This document shows, piece by piece, positions 1-10,138 of a DNA stretch of 64,000 nt (the first letter of the stretch is position 1; each line of letters starts with the position of its first letter). The DNA is from an uncultured delta proteobacterium. GTDB taxonomy: Bacteria > Myxococcota_A > Polyangia > Polyangiales > Polyangiaceae. A program made the translations under genes and the position numbers. A model generated the notes under the pieces. That model was given only the letters and a program-made list of their open reading frames with translations, ran no database searches and was not told where the DNA came from. The stretch lies in the NCBI GenBank assembly GCA_963696385.1, contig CAVOKF010000007.1, positions 192,001 through 256,000 of the forward strand, given 5' to 3'.

Positions 1-460
1 ACTGCCCACGGAACGTCAGCGACTCGTATGCGACTTGAAGCTCCTCGATCGCGACCCCGCCGTCCTTGGCATTGAGGGGTGGGGCCTTGAGCTTTTGCGG
101 CAGGCAGCGCGCGAGCACGAAATGCGCCAGGGTCGTGCCGTTTTGGGGGCTCGTGACGACGACGCTCGCGTCGTAGCGAAGTCCGGGATTCGCAAGAGCG
201 GCGGAGACCCAAGTCCACAAGTCGAAGTTGCTGCTCATGCCCCGCTTGAGGGTGAGCGTCCCGAGCACCGTCGGTCCGGCGAGGCGAACCTGCGACATGT
301 TGTTGCCGCCCTCACGGATCGTCTTGACCTCCATGCCGACCTCGAGCCCGTCGCATTCCGAAAAAGCGGCGGCGCACAAGCTCGACGAGGCGCCCGGAGC
401 GCTGATCTCGACCGAGAAGCTGAAGGCGACGAACGGATAACCCGGGATGGAGTTGGCCAT
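1..460 (-). CDS. Phage tail tube protein (T4 gp19-like, Afp1/Afp5-type), eCIS; runs to the window edge
   Basis: Not in the ORF track; translated by hand from ATG at 460: MANSIPGYPFVAFSFSVEI...AFSECDGLEVGMEVKTIREGGNN...TLTLKRGM...LWTW...KLKAPPLNAKDGGVAIEELQVAYESL, the canonical tube motifs. Confidence 0.92.
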   Translation of the reverse strand, partial: MANSIPGYPFVAFSFSVEISAPGASSSLCAAAFSECDGLEVGMEVKTIREGGNNMSQVRLAGPTVLGTLTLKRGMSSNFDLWTWVSAALANPGLRYDASVVVTSPQNGTTLAHFVLARCLPQKLKAPPLNAKDGGVAIEELQVAYESLTFRGQ

Positions 461-462
461 GG

Positions 463-3263
463 TCAACTGCTCTGCGCCACGGTGAGCTGATTTCCACTTT
501 GAATGAGCCGCACCGTCAGAAACGACAGCGGCCAGGAAGGCGCCACCTGAAGCTCGACGACGAAGCGCCCGAGATCCACGGAATTGGGGGGATTGACACT
601 GGCGTCCGTGATCACACGGTACGCGTCGCTGGCGGTCGCCCCCGCCAGCGCGCCCCGGCTGAACAGGCCGTCGAGCAGCGACGTGAACCGGCGCTGCACC
701 ATGCGCGCCAGCCGTGGGCCGTTCGGCTCGAACACGTACGCGGTCCCGAGGCTGAGCGCCGAGCGACGCAAGAGCATGAGCAGCCGTCGCACGTTGATCG
801 GCACCAGGTCCGGATCGTCGGTGAGCGTATCCGCGCTCATGGCCATCAAGCCGCGCGCTTCCGCGCGGATCCGATTGACCGGCTGCTCGTCCAGGACGGC
901 CCACACGGCGTCGGAAAGGGCCGGCGAAAGCCCGAGAATGCTGGCGTCGAGCGCCTCGTTCGCGGGTGCGATCCAGGCGCCGCGCGCGAGCGTGCGGCGC
1001 GCGTAGACGCCCGCAATCGCCCCGTCCGGCGGCGTGGTGCGGAGCGGCCCCGTCGACACGTCCCGGCCGATGATCCACGGATGGTAGACGGCGCCGTACC
1101 CGAGCGTCCGCGTGGACTGGTTGGCGCACAGGGTGCTGACGTAGGCCGCCGCATCGGCGGCGCTCTGCGATTCGGGCAGCGAAAGGATCGCGAACAGGTC
1201 GCCGCGAGCCGCGCACAGCGTCAAAAGCGCGCCCTGGACGACGGGCAACGCCGGCGCGGGGTTGTCGACGTCTTGCTTCGCCACCCAGCCCGATCCCAGA
1301 AGGACCGAGACGGCGATCGCCGCCGAGTAGCCGCTCGTGAGCGTTCCGGCCGTCGCGCTCGCGCGGACGAAGAACACACCGGGCGTGTGGCTGTAGACGA
1401 CGAGCGTGGTCTGCGCCGTCGTGTAGGTCACGACCCCGCTGCCGAATTGGGGATCCGGCGACTCCTCGACGGAGTATTGCGTGGCTCCGTCGACGGCGCC
1501 CCACGACAGGACGAACGTACCGTTCGCGTCCGGCGGCTGGGCGATGGCGACGTTGGGCAGCGAAAGCGCCCGCTGCGCGCAGGCGTAGAAGGCGCCGTCG
1601 TTGCCGGGAACGACGGGCTGCGCCAGGGCGCCCTCCGGCGCCGACGGCGACGAGGCCGCGGTCCAGCCCGGCAACGTGGCGTCCGGCACGGCGATGATCG
1701 TGGCCTCGTCGACGCCGAGGGCCGCATGGATGCCCCGGAGGCGACGCGGATCGCTCGACTGGTACTGGATGAAGTTGGCCTCGGCGAGAAGCTCGGCAGC
1801 GCCGACGTTGACGAGGTCCGGATCGACGAACAGCGACGCGTCGAACGAGGACAGCCCGTCGCGTTCCAGGCTGCTCCCGGTCTGGGCAAAGGCCGGCAGT
1901 GGATAGTCGGGCGTGTACGGCATGCCGATCGGAAGGAACGTGATGTCCGGTCTGCCGCAGGCCGCGAGATCGAAGCGCGGTTCGGTCACCTCGTTCCAAA
2001 GCGGTGCGAGTTCGTCGGCGCGGTTGCGAAGCTCGACGGCTCGAGCGTCGGTGTCGGTCGTGTCGGATGTGCCGCGAAAGAGCTCCTCGTCGCTCGGCAA
2101 CGCCCAGAAGGCGTACGAATGGGAGGGATCGAACCCGAGGTCGCTGATCGGGGTCGGCGTCTCGGATCCCGTCTGGGTCTGGAGCTCGAGCCGCAGGCGT
2201 TCCACCTCCAGGCCCCCCGGCGGCGACGACACGGGCAAAGGTCCCGGCGCCGGGTCGACGAACAGGCCCTGACCGGTCAAAAGGACGGCGCCGGAAAGGG
2301 GAGGCGAGAAGAGCGCAGGAGGCGAGGCGACGGTCGGGGGGATCCCACGAGGTCCACCGCGACCACCTCCGTGACCGTGACCCACAGGTCGCCCCCGGGG
2401 AACTGGACGCCCAGCATCGTCCCGGCCGCGGGCGCGGCGCTGAGGGGCGCCGCCAAGAGCAGCTGCACGGTCCCTCCGCTGGCCTGTTGGAGCGTGGCCG
2501 CGATCCCGCCGGCGACGGTGGTGCCCATCGCGCCGGGAGGCACGCTCGCAAGGCAGGTGCGAAACCAGTTCACGTTCGGCGTTCCGTCCGCTTGGACGAC
2601 GGTCGAGAGGCTCAGGGTGGCGGCGTTCGTCTCCGTCGGAACGATCGGGTTGACGGCGCTCACCACGAACATGGCGACGCGCGTCGCGATCGCTCCGTCG
2701 TAGAAGGTGAGACGCATCAGGTCGCCGACGACGACGTCGTCGAGCGCGCTCGTGACCACGTCGAGCGAAGCGGGAAATCCCTCGAGTCCCGCCCATCCAG
2801 TCACGCCGAGCGCCAGCGGTCGGCTGACAAGGACGGTGGCCACGAGAAGATCGTCGGACCAGCTGCCTTGCGAACGCGCCATGGCGGTTGCAGGCGCAAT
2901 CGCTCCGTCCGGCGAGAGCGAGACCATCCCGCAGACGGGAAACTCGTTGGTCGCCCCATCGCCCGCGACGCGCACGACCCAGCAGCGCTGCCCGCCGTTC
3001 AGGAAGTAGGATCGCACGGCGGGCGCGAGGTATGCGTTCATCGTTGCGCCCTGGACCGGATCCCAGGCGAGCGCCGCGTCGGCGCCGAAGATCGACTCGA
3101 AGTGCGACGGATCGTCGACGGCCACGGGGATTTGCAGCGGCCCCGACGCGGAAAATCCCACGAAGAGTGCGATATCCATGCGCGGCAACACCTGGGCCAG
3201 CGGCGGCGGCAAAACCTCGAACCGCACACCGGCGGCCCGACGCGGTGAGCGCGCCATGGCCAT
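463..3263 (-). CDS. Phage tail sheath protein 2 (eCIS), split by one frameshift at about 2336-2341
   Basis: N-terminal ORF 2277-3263 (LPRMDIALFVGF..GP..PV, YLAPAVRSYFLNGGQRCWVVRVA) and C-terminal frame 463-2340 (YGAVYHPW, PPDGAIAGVYAR, WIAPANE, INVRRL, FEPN). Adding one C to the C6 run joins them as ...LVGSPPTVASPP. Confidence 0.88.
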
Positions 3264-3266
3264 GGC

Positions 3267-3734
3267 CTAGGCCACCTTCAGGTACTCGTAGGCGATCGTC
3301 AGCTCCTCCATCGCGACGTCCGTGCCCTTGGCGTTCAAAGGCCCGATCGAGTGCTTGATCGGCCGGGCGTTGCTGAGCGTCCAGGTCAGCACCGCGGAGG
3401 TCTGGTCCGACTCCGTGTTCAACGTGATCGTCACGTTGTAGACGGCCGAGGAGTCGACCGAACCGGTGCGGACCGCGTCAAACCAAGTGTACAGAGAAAG
3501 CATGCCCACGACGCCGCGTTTCAGGGTGACGTCCGTGACCTTGTTCAGGCCCGTGATCTTCTGAACGCGCAGCAAGGGATCGTTGCCGTTGCGGTACTCG
3601 TGGACCGCTACCTCCTGGGCCAGGGCGCTGCACTCCTGAAAGCCCCCGAGGGGCTGCGTGGCATCCACGCCGGAGAGGTTGAGATCGACGGTAAAGTTGA
3701 ATTGCGAGTACGGGGTCGCTCGTTGCAAGGCCAT
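3267..3734 (-). CDS. Phage tail tube protein (gp19-like), eCIS
   Basis: PYSQFNF, GGFQECSAL, EYRNGND, KITGLNKVTDVTLKRG, LNAKGTDVAMEELTIAYE. Confidence 0.95.
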   Translation of the reverse strand: MALQRATPYSQFNFTVDLNLSGVDATQPLGGFQECSALAQEVAVHEYRNGNDPLLRVQKITGLNKVTDVTLKRGVVGMLSLYTWFDAVRTGSVDSSAVYNVTITLNTESDQTSAVLTWTLSNARPIKHSIGPLNAKGTDVAMEELTIAYEYLKVA

Positions 3735-3786
3735 GGTGGGCTCCTTCCCTCAAGCTGTCACGGGGTCCGCTCTTCCGTGTCGGTGG

Positions 3787-5796
3787 CTACGAAGTCCGAT
3801 CTCCAGTCCACTGGCCGATGCGGAAGATCACGAATTCCGCCGGGCGGAGCGCGGCGACGCCGACGAGACAAACCAGCCTACCGAGGTCGAGATCTTGCTG
3901 GCTCATCGTGGTCTGATCGCACCGGACGAAGAAGGCTTGCTCGGGCTTGGTCCCGGCCAGGGCACCGGACTGCCATTCGCTCGTCAGAAACGCCGCGATC
4001 GACGCCTGCACCTTGGCCCAGAGTCTCACTCCGTTCGGTTCGAACACCGCCCACTGCGTCCCGTCGTCGATCGATCGCTCGAGGTAGGCGAAGTACCGCC
4101 GCAGGTTGACGTAGATCCAGTCGGTGTCCGAGCTGACGGTGCGCGCTCCCCAGACGAGGTACCCGCGCCCCTCGAAGAAGCGCAAGCAATTGATGCCCAG
4201 AGGGTTCAAGATGTCTTGCTGGGCCTTGTTGACGTTGACGTCGAAGCCCTGCGCGAGCGCAATGACTTCGTTGGCGGGCGCCTTGTAGACGCCTCGCGTG
4301 TTGTCGTTGTTCGCGTAGATCCCGCATATGAATCCGCTGGGCGGCAGGTAAATCGGATTGCTCGTGATCGGATCGAGCACGCGAACCCACGGGTAGTAAA
4401 GCGCGGCGTAGCTGCTGTCGAACTGACCCCGCAGCGCGCTGACCTGGTTGAGGTTCTCGCCGTTGCCGCTGTCGAGCACGGCGATCCGGTACTTCATGTT
4501 CTCGCAGTGGGCCACGAGCTCCTGCATGATCCCGAGCGCGACTCCGTAGGCCACGGAACCCGGGCCCCCGAGGTCCATTTGGTAGGTCGAGCCGGGCGCC
4601 GCGACGATCGAAATGTCCTCGATGTCCTCGAACTGAACGAGGCCGGTCTTCGGGCTCGGCACGATGTCGGTCGGATCGCCCGTTCCTTCGTAGTCCGACA
4701 AGGCGGGCAGAGCCCCGTCCGTCCCCCCCTGAAGCTGCACGGTGATCGTCCGCTGGGCCGTCGTGGAGCTGAGGGTCTGAAGCACGTTCGGCAGCGTGGC
4801 GGCGCTGCTCGGGGTGGCGGGCGACGGGTAGGCCGCAAAGAAGGCTTGCAAAAGGCCCAGGCCGTCGAGAGTTCCGTTGGGACCGGGCTGTTCGAATTTG
4901 ATGGGAAGATCCCTTCCGTAAGCTGGGTCGGGCGTGCTCGGGTTGGTTGGGTCGGGCCCGAACACGCCGACGAACGAATCGTACGCGTCGCTGGTCTGGT
5001 GCGACGGATCGAGGGCCAGATCGGTCCACGTCTGCGACGGCTGGTTGATGTCAAGCAGGGCGGTGACCGTGACCGAGAGCGTGATGACGCGGATTTCCTG
5101 ACTGGGGGAAAGCGCACCGATCGCGATCGACGCGGCCGGGCTCGCGGATGATGCGTCTTGGACGAAGAGCCAATTCTGCGCGATCGGGTCCCAGGTGGCG
5201 AGGTACGCCGGAAAGTTACTCGCGGTGGACGTGGTCGAAACGAAGCCCGGCGCCGACGAGGAGGTCGGGCGGATCATGACGACGTCGAACTCCTCGACCG
5301 ACCCCACTTGGGGCGTCCCGCTCTTGTTGAAGGAAAGTACGTTGGGGCCGACCATGAGGGTGATCTGCACCTGCATGTTCCCGTAGAGGCCCGGGTAGCG
5401 CGCGCAGAGGCTGGGACCGGTGGGCGGCGATCCGAAACCCAGCGACGCCCGAGCGAGGGTGGGGGCGGTAGCGGGATTGGAGGAAACGATTCGCGAGACG
5501 TAGAGCTGCGTGCCCCCCTGGGTGAAGAACGCCCGCGCGGCGTGCCACATGAAATTGGTAATCGACGTCGGCGGGCCGCCCGCAGCGCCGGGCTGCACCA
5601 CCTGCAACGGCTGACCGTCCCCGTAGGTGCGCTCGTAGTCATCGAGGCTGGAGATCATCTCCAGTTCGAGGTTGTAGGGGCCGTAGCGTGTGGGCCCTAT
5701 GAAGCCCGTAGTCGTCGTCCCGACGCCGGCGATGGCCTTGGTGCTCCGATAGGAGACTTCTTCGATATAGACGCCGGGAGACAGGTATTCCGCCAT
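3787..5796 (-). CDS. Phage tail sheath protein 1 (eCIS)
   Basis: MAEYLSPGVYIEE start, FFTQGG, YAALYYPW, PPSGFICGIYA, GVYKAPANE, LNPLGINCLR, VWGART, YVNLRR, FEPN, LRPAEFVIFRIGQ. Confidence 0.96.
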   Translation of the reverse strand: MAEYLSPGVYIEEVSYRSTKAIAGVGTTTTGFIGPTRYGPYNLELEMISSLDDYERTYGDGQPLQVVQPGAAGGPPTSITNFMWHAARAFFTQGGTQLYVSRIVSSNPATAPTLARASLGFGSPPTGPSLCARYPGLYGNMQVQITLMVGPNVLSFNKSGTPQVGSVEEFDVVMIRPTSSSAPGFVSTTSTASNFPAYLATWDPIAQNWLFVQDASSASPAASIAIGALSPSQEIRVITLSVTVTALLDINQPSQTWTDLALDPSHQTSDAYDSFVGVFGPDPTNPSTPDPAYGRDLPIKFEQPGPNGTLDGLGLLQAFFAAYPSPATPSSAATLPNVLQTLSSTTAQRTITVQLQGGTDGALPALSDYEGTGDPTDIVPSPKTGLVQFEDIEDISIVAAPGSTYQMDLGGPGSVAYGVALGIMQELVAHCENMKYRIAVLDSGNGENLNQVSALRGQFDSSYAALYYPWVRVLDPITSNPIYLPPSGFICGIYANNDNTRGVYKAPANEVIALAQGFDVNVNKAQQDILNPLGINCLRFFEGRGYLVWGARTVSSDTDWIYVNLRRYFAYLERSIDDGTQWAVFEPNGVRLWAKVQASIAAFLTSEWQSGALAGTKPEQAFFVRCDQTTMSQQDLDLGRLVCLVGVAALRPAEFVIFRIGQWTGDRTS

Positions 5797-5847
5797 GAAT
5801 CACCCTCACACGCGGCCAGCCGGTTGCCGCCCGCCCGCATCAATTGC

Positions 5848-5862
5848 GCCGATCTTTTGCCA
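5848..5862 (-). promoter_or_regulatory. Possible sigma54 (-24/-12) promoter for the sheath/tube operon
   Basis: Minus strand reads TGGCAAAAGATCGGC (GG-N10-GC spacing) about 50 bp upstream of the sheath ATG, within a relatively AT-rich divergent intergenic region; the -12 element is imperfect. Confidence 0.3.
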
Positions 5863-6401
5863 AAAATTCGATACGCAACGAAATATCGATTACTCGACGG
5901 ATTTCGCCGCGCCGGCTTGTTGACATTGGCCCGAACCGATGTCCACACCGATGCCCCACGACGTCCTCTCGCTATTCGAGAAACACGTCGTTTCAACTGT
6001 CGACGTTTACGACCACGCCTACTAACGACGGGGCCCAGCCCACCACACACGCGTTTGCTCTGTCAAGCGACAATCCACGGTCGGGGCCGCTTCAAAGGAT
6101 GGAACCAACGAAAGTCAACGAAGACGACCGTTTGCCCGTTCAGCCGGCGCTTTTTCGACGGGCCCTACGCGTGAAAAAATGCGCGTCACGCAAATTCAGC
6201 TGTCAACGCTTTTCCGCCCGCGAGAGGATTCCTTATGTGAAGCACGAGCCGACACATGCTCTCGACTCGTTGGGCATCCTCTTCTTACGCGGGTGGACGT
6301 CTCGCGTTCTTCCGTTGGGATTTGCGAGCGCCTGTGCAATCGTGCACCTCGACGCCGCCGTCCACGCTTGGGAGGCCGGTTGAGTCCAAAGGGGATCCGA
6401 G

Positions 6402-6995
6402 TTGGCGACGTATCACGCAATAGCGGCGATCGGTCAGGCGGTTCTCGGACTGCTGGAACAAGCACGCATCGGGTCTGAATTCGATGGCTGTGACTTCGAG
6501 CTCTATCAATCGTCCAACTTTCATGCACCGATGGACGAAGGATTGTCGCTTTTTCTGTACAACACCGTCGTCAGCACGGCACGACGCAACGTTCCAGGGA
6601 GGGTCTCACCCGACGGCCGAAGACACCGTCCGCCGCTCCCTCTCGACCTTTACTACCTACTCACTCCGTGGGCGAAGACGGCGACGGCGCAGCACCGACT
6701 CTTGGGCTGGGCCATGCGGGTGATCGATGATAGTGCGACGCTTCCCGCGTCGCTGCTCAACCACTATGGCCCGGAACCGGACACGTTCTGGCCGGACGAA
6801 ACGGTCACGCTCGTCAACGAGCCCATCTCGTTGCAAGACATCTACAACATCTGGGAGATCAACAAGCAGAACGTGCAGGTGTCGGTCGCCTACGTCGCAC
6901 GCGTCGTCTTCATCGATTCCACGGTCGACGATGTCCAGGTCCTTCCGGCGCAAGCTCGTTCGTTCGAGACCGCGAAGAAGGGCCAATCACGATGA
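6402..6995 (+). CDS. DUF4255 / Pvc16 (Afp16-like) eCIS cap/terminator protein
   Basis: AIAAIGQAVLGLL, LSLFLY, RRN, PPLPLDLYYLLTPW, QHRLLGWAMR, VSVAYVARVVFID; TTG start preceded by AGGGGA. Confidence 0.88.
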   Translation: MATYHAIAAIGQAVLGLLEQARIGSEFDGCDFELYQSSNFHAPMDEGLSLFLYNTVVSTARRNVPGRVSPDGRRHRPPLPLDLYYLLTPWAKTATAQHRLLGWAMRVIDDSATLPASLLNHYGPEPDTFWPDETVTLVNEPISLQDIYNIWEINKQNVQVSVAYVARVVFIDSTVDDVQVLPAQARSFETAKKGQSR

Positions 6996-7870
6996 CGAAT
7001 ACGGTCCGTTCCGACACCCTGGATCGCGTCGCTCCGCTGGGCGTGCGCTTTTGGGATCCCGTGGAGCACGTGTTTGTGACCGACGGCTTGGTCGTCCGTG
7101 TGCGACTCGCCGGTTCGCGGGAGAGTCGCGCGGCCAAGGCCAACGCTTCGGGTATCTTCACCGTCCAGAACCTCCCGAGGCTGGGTGCAGCGGAGGTCGG
7201 GCTCGGCGACGCTGCGTACTGGGCGAAAGTCGCGACCCTGAGTTTCGTGGTCGAGGTTCACGACTCGCACGGGCAGTTCATGCCATTTTCCTTCCCTGCG
7301 CAACTGCCCGCGCGCGGGTTGTTCGTTTGGACGTGTGCGCTCGCTTCGCCCCCCGTGTCCGGCTGGTTGGCAGACGGAGCGCCGCTTTTTTCCGCTCCGG
7401 CGCGCGCCATCGCTCCGATGCGGGCCGTGATTCGCGCCCAAATGCAAGACGCGGTCAGCGGGCAGTTCGCTGCCGGCGCGGTGCTCGGGGCCACGGTCGG
7501 CGCGGGGGAGATGGTACGCGGAGTCGCCGACGCCCAGGGGCGCGTCGCGATCGTTCTGCCTTACCCCGAGCCGCTCGATTTTCCGCTGGTCGGCGACGGT
7601 TCGCCGCCGCCCTACGCGCCGGTGGGGGGGCCCTTCTCGAGCTACACGTGGCCGGTCGTGCTTGCGGCGCAATACACGCCGGCGACGGTGCTCCCAAAAT
7701 ATCCGGATCTTTGCACAACGCTGAGCCAACCCACCGCCCAACTTTGGGGGGACACGGTCGGCACGCCTCTCGCCACGCAGACGCTGACGATGGGGGTCGA
7801 TCTGGTCGTCCGCAGCGTCGACGCGACGAACGCCCAGTCGCTGTCCGTCTTGCTCGTGAAATCCAACTGA
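6992..7870 (+). CDS. eCIS-associated hypothetical protein (beta-rich, carboxypeptidase-regulatory-like)
   Basis: ATGA overlap with the DUF4255 gene; APLGVRFWDP, LFSAPAR, GVADAQGRVAIVLPYPEP resemble proteins that follow DUF4255 in eCIS loci. Confidence 0.7.
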   Translation: MTNTVRSDTLDRVAPLGVRFWDPVEHVFVTDGLVVRVRLAGSRESRAAKANASGIFTVQNLPRLGAAEVGLGDAAYWAKVATLSFVVEVHDSHGQFMPFSFPAQLPARGLFVWTCALASPPVSGWLADGAPLFSAPARAIAPMRAVIRAQMQDAVSGQFAAGAVLGATVGAGEMVRGVADAQGRVAIVLPYPEPLDFPLVGDGSPPPYAPVGGPFSSYTWPVVLAAQYTPATVLPKYPDLCTTLSQPTAQLWGDTVGTPLATQTLTMGVDLVVRSVDATNAQSLSVLLVKSN

Positions 7871-8075
7871 TGCACGGCGGCCGCGGGTCAGTGTCTCCGT
7901 TGGTCGCGAAGCGCTGAAAGCGGTCCTTTCACTGTTTGTCCGTGCAGCCCTCGCAACACAAATCGTTCGGCAACGCCCGTGTAGGAGTCCATTTCGTGCA
8001 ATCGACTGTAATTGCATCTTCGACGCGCCCGCAGGAGATTTCGGAGGCGGCGTGTACGTTGGATAGGGTGGAGCG

Positions 8076-8552
8076 ATGAACCTTTCGGCGGCCGGCGTGA
8101 AGTTTCTCGAATCCTGCGAAGGCGTCGTGCTGAGAGTCTATCGAGACGTGTCCGGTATCCCGACGTGCGGCGTGGGCCATGTCGTGCTTCCGGAGGATGG
8201 CCTCTCCGTGGGCGACCCGATCACCCAAGCGCAGTGCGACGCGTTCCTGACCCACGATGTCGGAAAGTGCGAGGCGGCAATCAACGGTAGCGTGACCGTG
8301 CCGCTGACCCAGAATCAGTTTGACGCGCTCGTGAGCCTGACTTTCAACATCGGGGTGGGCGGGTTTCTGTCGAGCACGGTGCTCCATGACTTGAACGCGG
8401 GCAACATCGCGGACGAGAGACGCGCGTTCGAGCTCTGGGACAAGGACAGCCGCAACGGTGTGCTGGTGGTGGACGCGGCTCTGCTGGCCAGGAGGGACCG
8501 CGAAGTGGCCCTGTTCATGTCGCCGGATCCGTCGCCGACCACCGTCGCCTAA
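8076..8552 (+). CDS. Phage-type lysozyme (GH24 muramidase)
   Basis: Intact E-x8-D-x5-T triad (EGVVLRVYRDVSGIPT), GVGH, LTQNQFDALVSLTFNIG, LLARRDREVALF. Confidence 0.93.
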   Translation: MNLSAAGVKFLESCEGVVLRVYRDVSGIPTCGVGHVVLPEDGLSVGDPITQAQCDAFLTHDVGKCEAAINGSVTVPLTQNQFDALVSLTFNIGVGGFLSSTVLHDLNAGNIADERRAFELWDKDSRNGVLVVDAALLARRDREVALFMSPDPSPTTVA

Positions 8553-8706
8553 TTACGATCCTCCCTCCTTGCCATTCGACCGGCTCGATCGGACCGTCGG
8601 TTCGACGGGACGGCGCCAAGGCGCCGACGCCACGCGGCGTCGTTCTCCGATGGGGAGCCCTGTCGCGTTGGAGTCGGGCGACGGACGGATCCCAGGATTC
8701 CTCGTT

Positions 8707-9814
8707 TCAGCGTAGACGTCGAGTTTGGTCCTCCGTCAATCGGGTCTCGACGTCCGCGGCAACGAACGACGGCCCGAAACGCTCCCCAAAGAGATGCGTG
8801 TAAAGCGCGATCTCCGCATCCCGGTACCGGATCCACGCGGTCATGGCCTCCGTAACGAGTTGGGCGTGCGTCGCGTCCCCCACGAGAGAGAGAGACGGCA
8901 TGGGCGAGCGAACGGGCCGCCGCGCTGCGATCGCCCTTTTTCGGGGCGTATTGGGCCATGTTCAAGATGGCGTGAGTCCGCTCCGTCGCGAGCGCCGTTT
9001 CGCGCAAGCTGGAAGCGTTCGATTGCATCGATCCGCCGCGGTACCGATCCGCTTCGGCTTGCGCCTGTCGGTGGGCAAACGCTAGCCATGCGGCGCGCGC
9101 CTCGTCCGCCAACTGGATCCCGGTCGCGTCCAAGCGCGACCGGAGTTGCTTCTCCGCCAGCTGTCGTTGCACCTTACCCTCGTCGGCTTGCACCCCGAGG
9201 CATTGGCCGCGCGCCCATGTCGTGCTGGCAAGGTCTCTGCAAACGTCCGTCGTCGCCGAGACGCGCGCGCCGCGGGCTCTCTGCCTGAGCGCGTCCACGT
9301 CGACATCCGCGAAGCAGTCTGCCAGCAAGGATTGGGCTGCCGCCGGATCCGCGGGTCCACCTTCCCCTGCGATCCACATCGCGGCCAGAGCGATCCGATC
9401 CAGCGACGGCGACGAACCGTTGCAGTTGCCTTCGGCCAGGACTTGGCGCTGAAAGCATGCACGCGCACGCGATCGATCCTTGTCAACCCCAACGCCATCG
9501 TAAAACCGAAAGCAAGAAATGCCTGCGGCTCCCGCGTCGTCGGCTAGACGATAGAGACCCATCGCATCGGCCTCAGAACACGTTGGATCGGCGTAGCACC
9601 GCTCGGCGGCGGCCACGCGCTCCTCAGGACCCGGAACAGCCGCCGATGCCGGTGCTGCTGTCGCCGCCCGTCCGACCGTCGCTCCTTCGATGCGCGGTGC
9701 GGCCGCCGGATCCACCGATGGCGTGGCGGTGACGCGCGTACGCGGCTCGCACCTCGCCGACAAAGCACTCAGCACGGCCCCAAGAACGAGTGCCGCCAGC
9801 GGGCGCCTGCTCAT
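8707..9814 (-). CDS. Exported LprI/DUF1311 lysozyme-inhibitor-like protein with an Sel1-like segment; frameshift at about 8877-8895
   Basis: Signal peptide ending LSARC; FYDGVGVDKDRSRARACF (Sel1-like); AWLAFAHRQAQAEADRYRGGSM and, in the next frame (8707-8901), AWIRYRDAE, both DUF1311-like. The shift lies in a (CT)n repeat next to a G5 run. Confidence 0.65.
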
Positions 9815-10138
9815 GACGATCGACCGCCAGCTCAGCACCGACCGTCCGAAAGAGCAAGGCATCGTCCGTTATGCGCTGCCCATCCAGGGAATCATCTCGT
9901 CCCGGTGAGGTGTCAATTACACTCGCTTGCAATTCGACGCAGACGGTTCGTGGTCGACGAGTCAGGATGGATCAGAGCCGGGTCTTTCGTTCGGTTATGC
10001 CGGGGCGACGACAAAGTTCAGTTGCGAGCGACTGCTAAACGCACAAAATGTCTTGACGCTCGTCTCTTGAAGAGCTTCTCTCCGCGAGAGTACATCATTC
10101 GTTCAATTGTTCGATCGCTCTTGTTTTTGGGAGGGACC

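Noticed and set aside
5870..8020. Inverted repeats flanking the divergent DUF4255 block (invertible switch)
   Set aside because: Only a short imperfect ATTTCGT(T)GC similarity was found and no recombinase is nearby
1..8552. Prophage or T6SS interpretation of the tail genes
   Set aside because: No capsid, terminase, integrase or Tss membrane genes are visible; double sheath and tube plus DUF4255 is the eCIS signature, though the locus continues beyond the left edge
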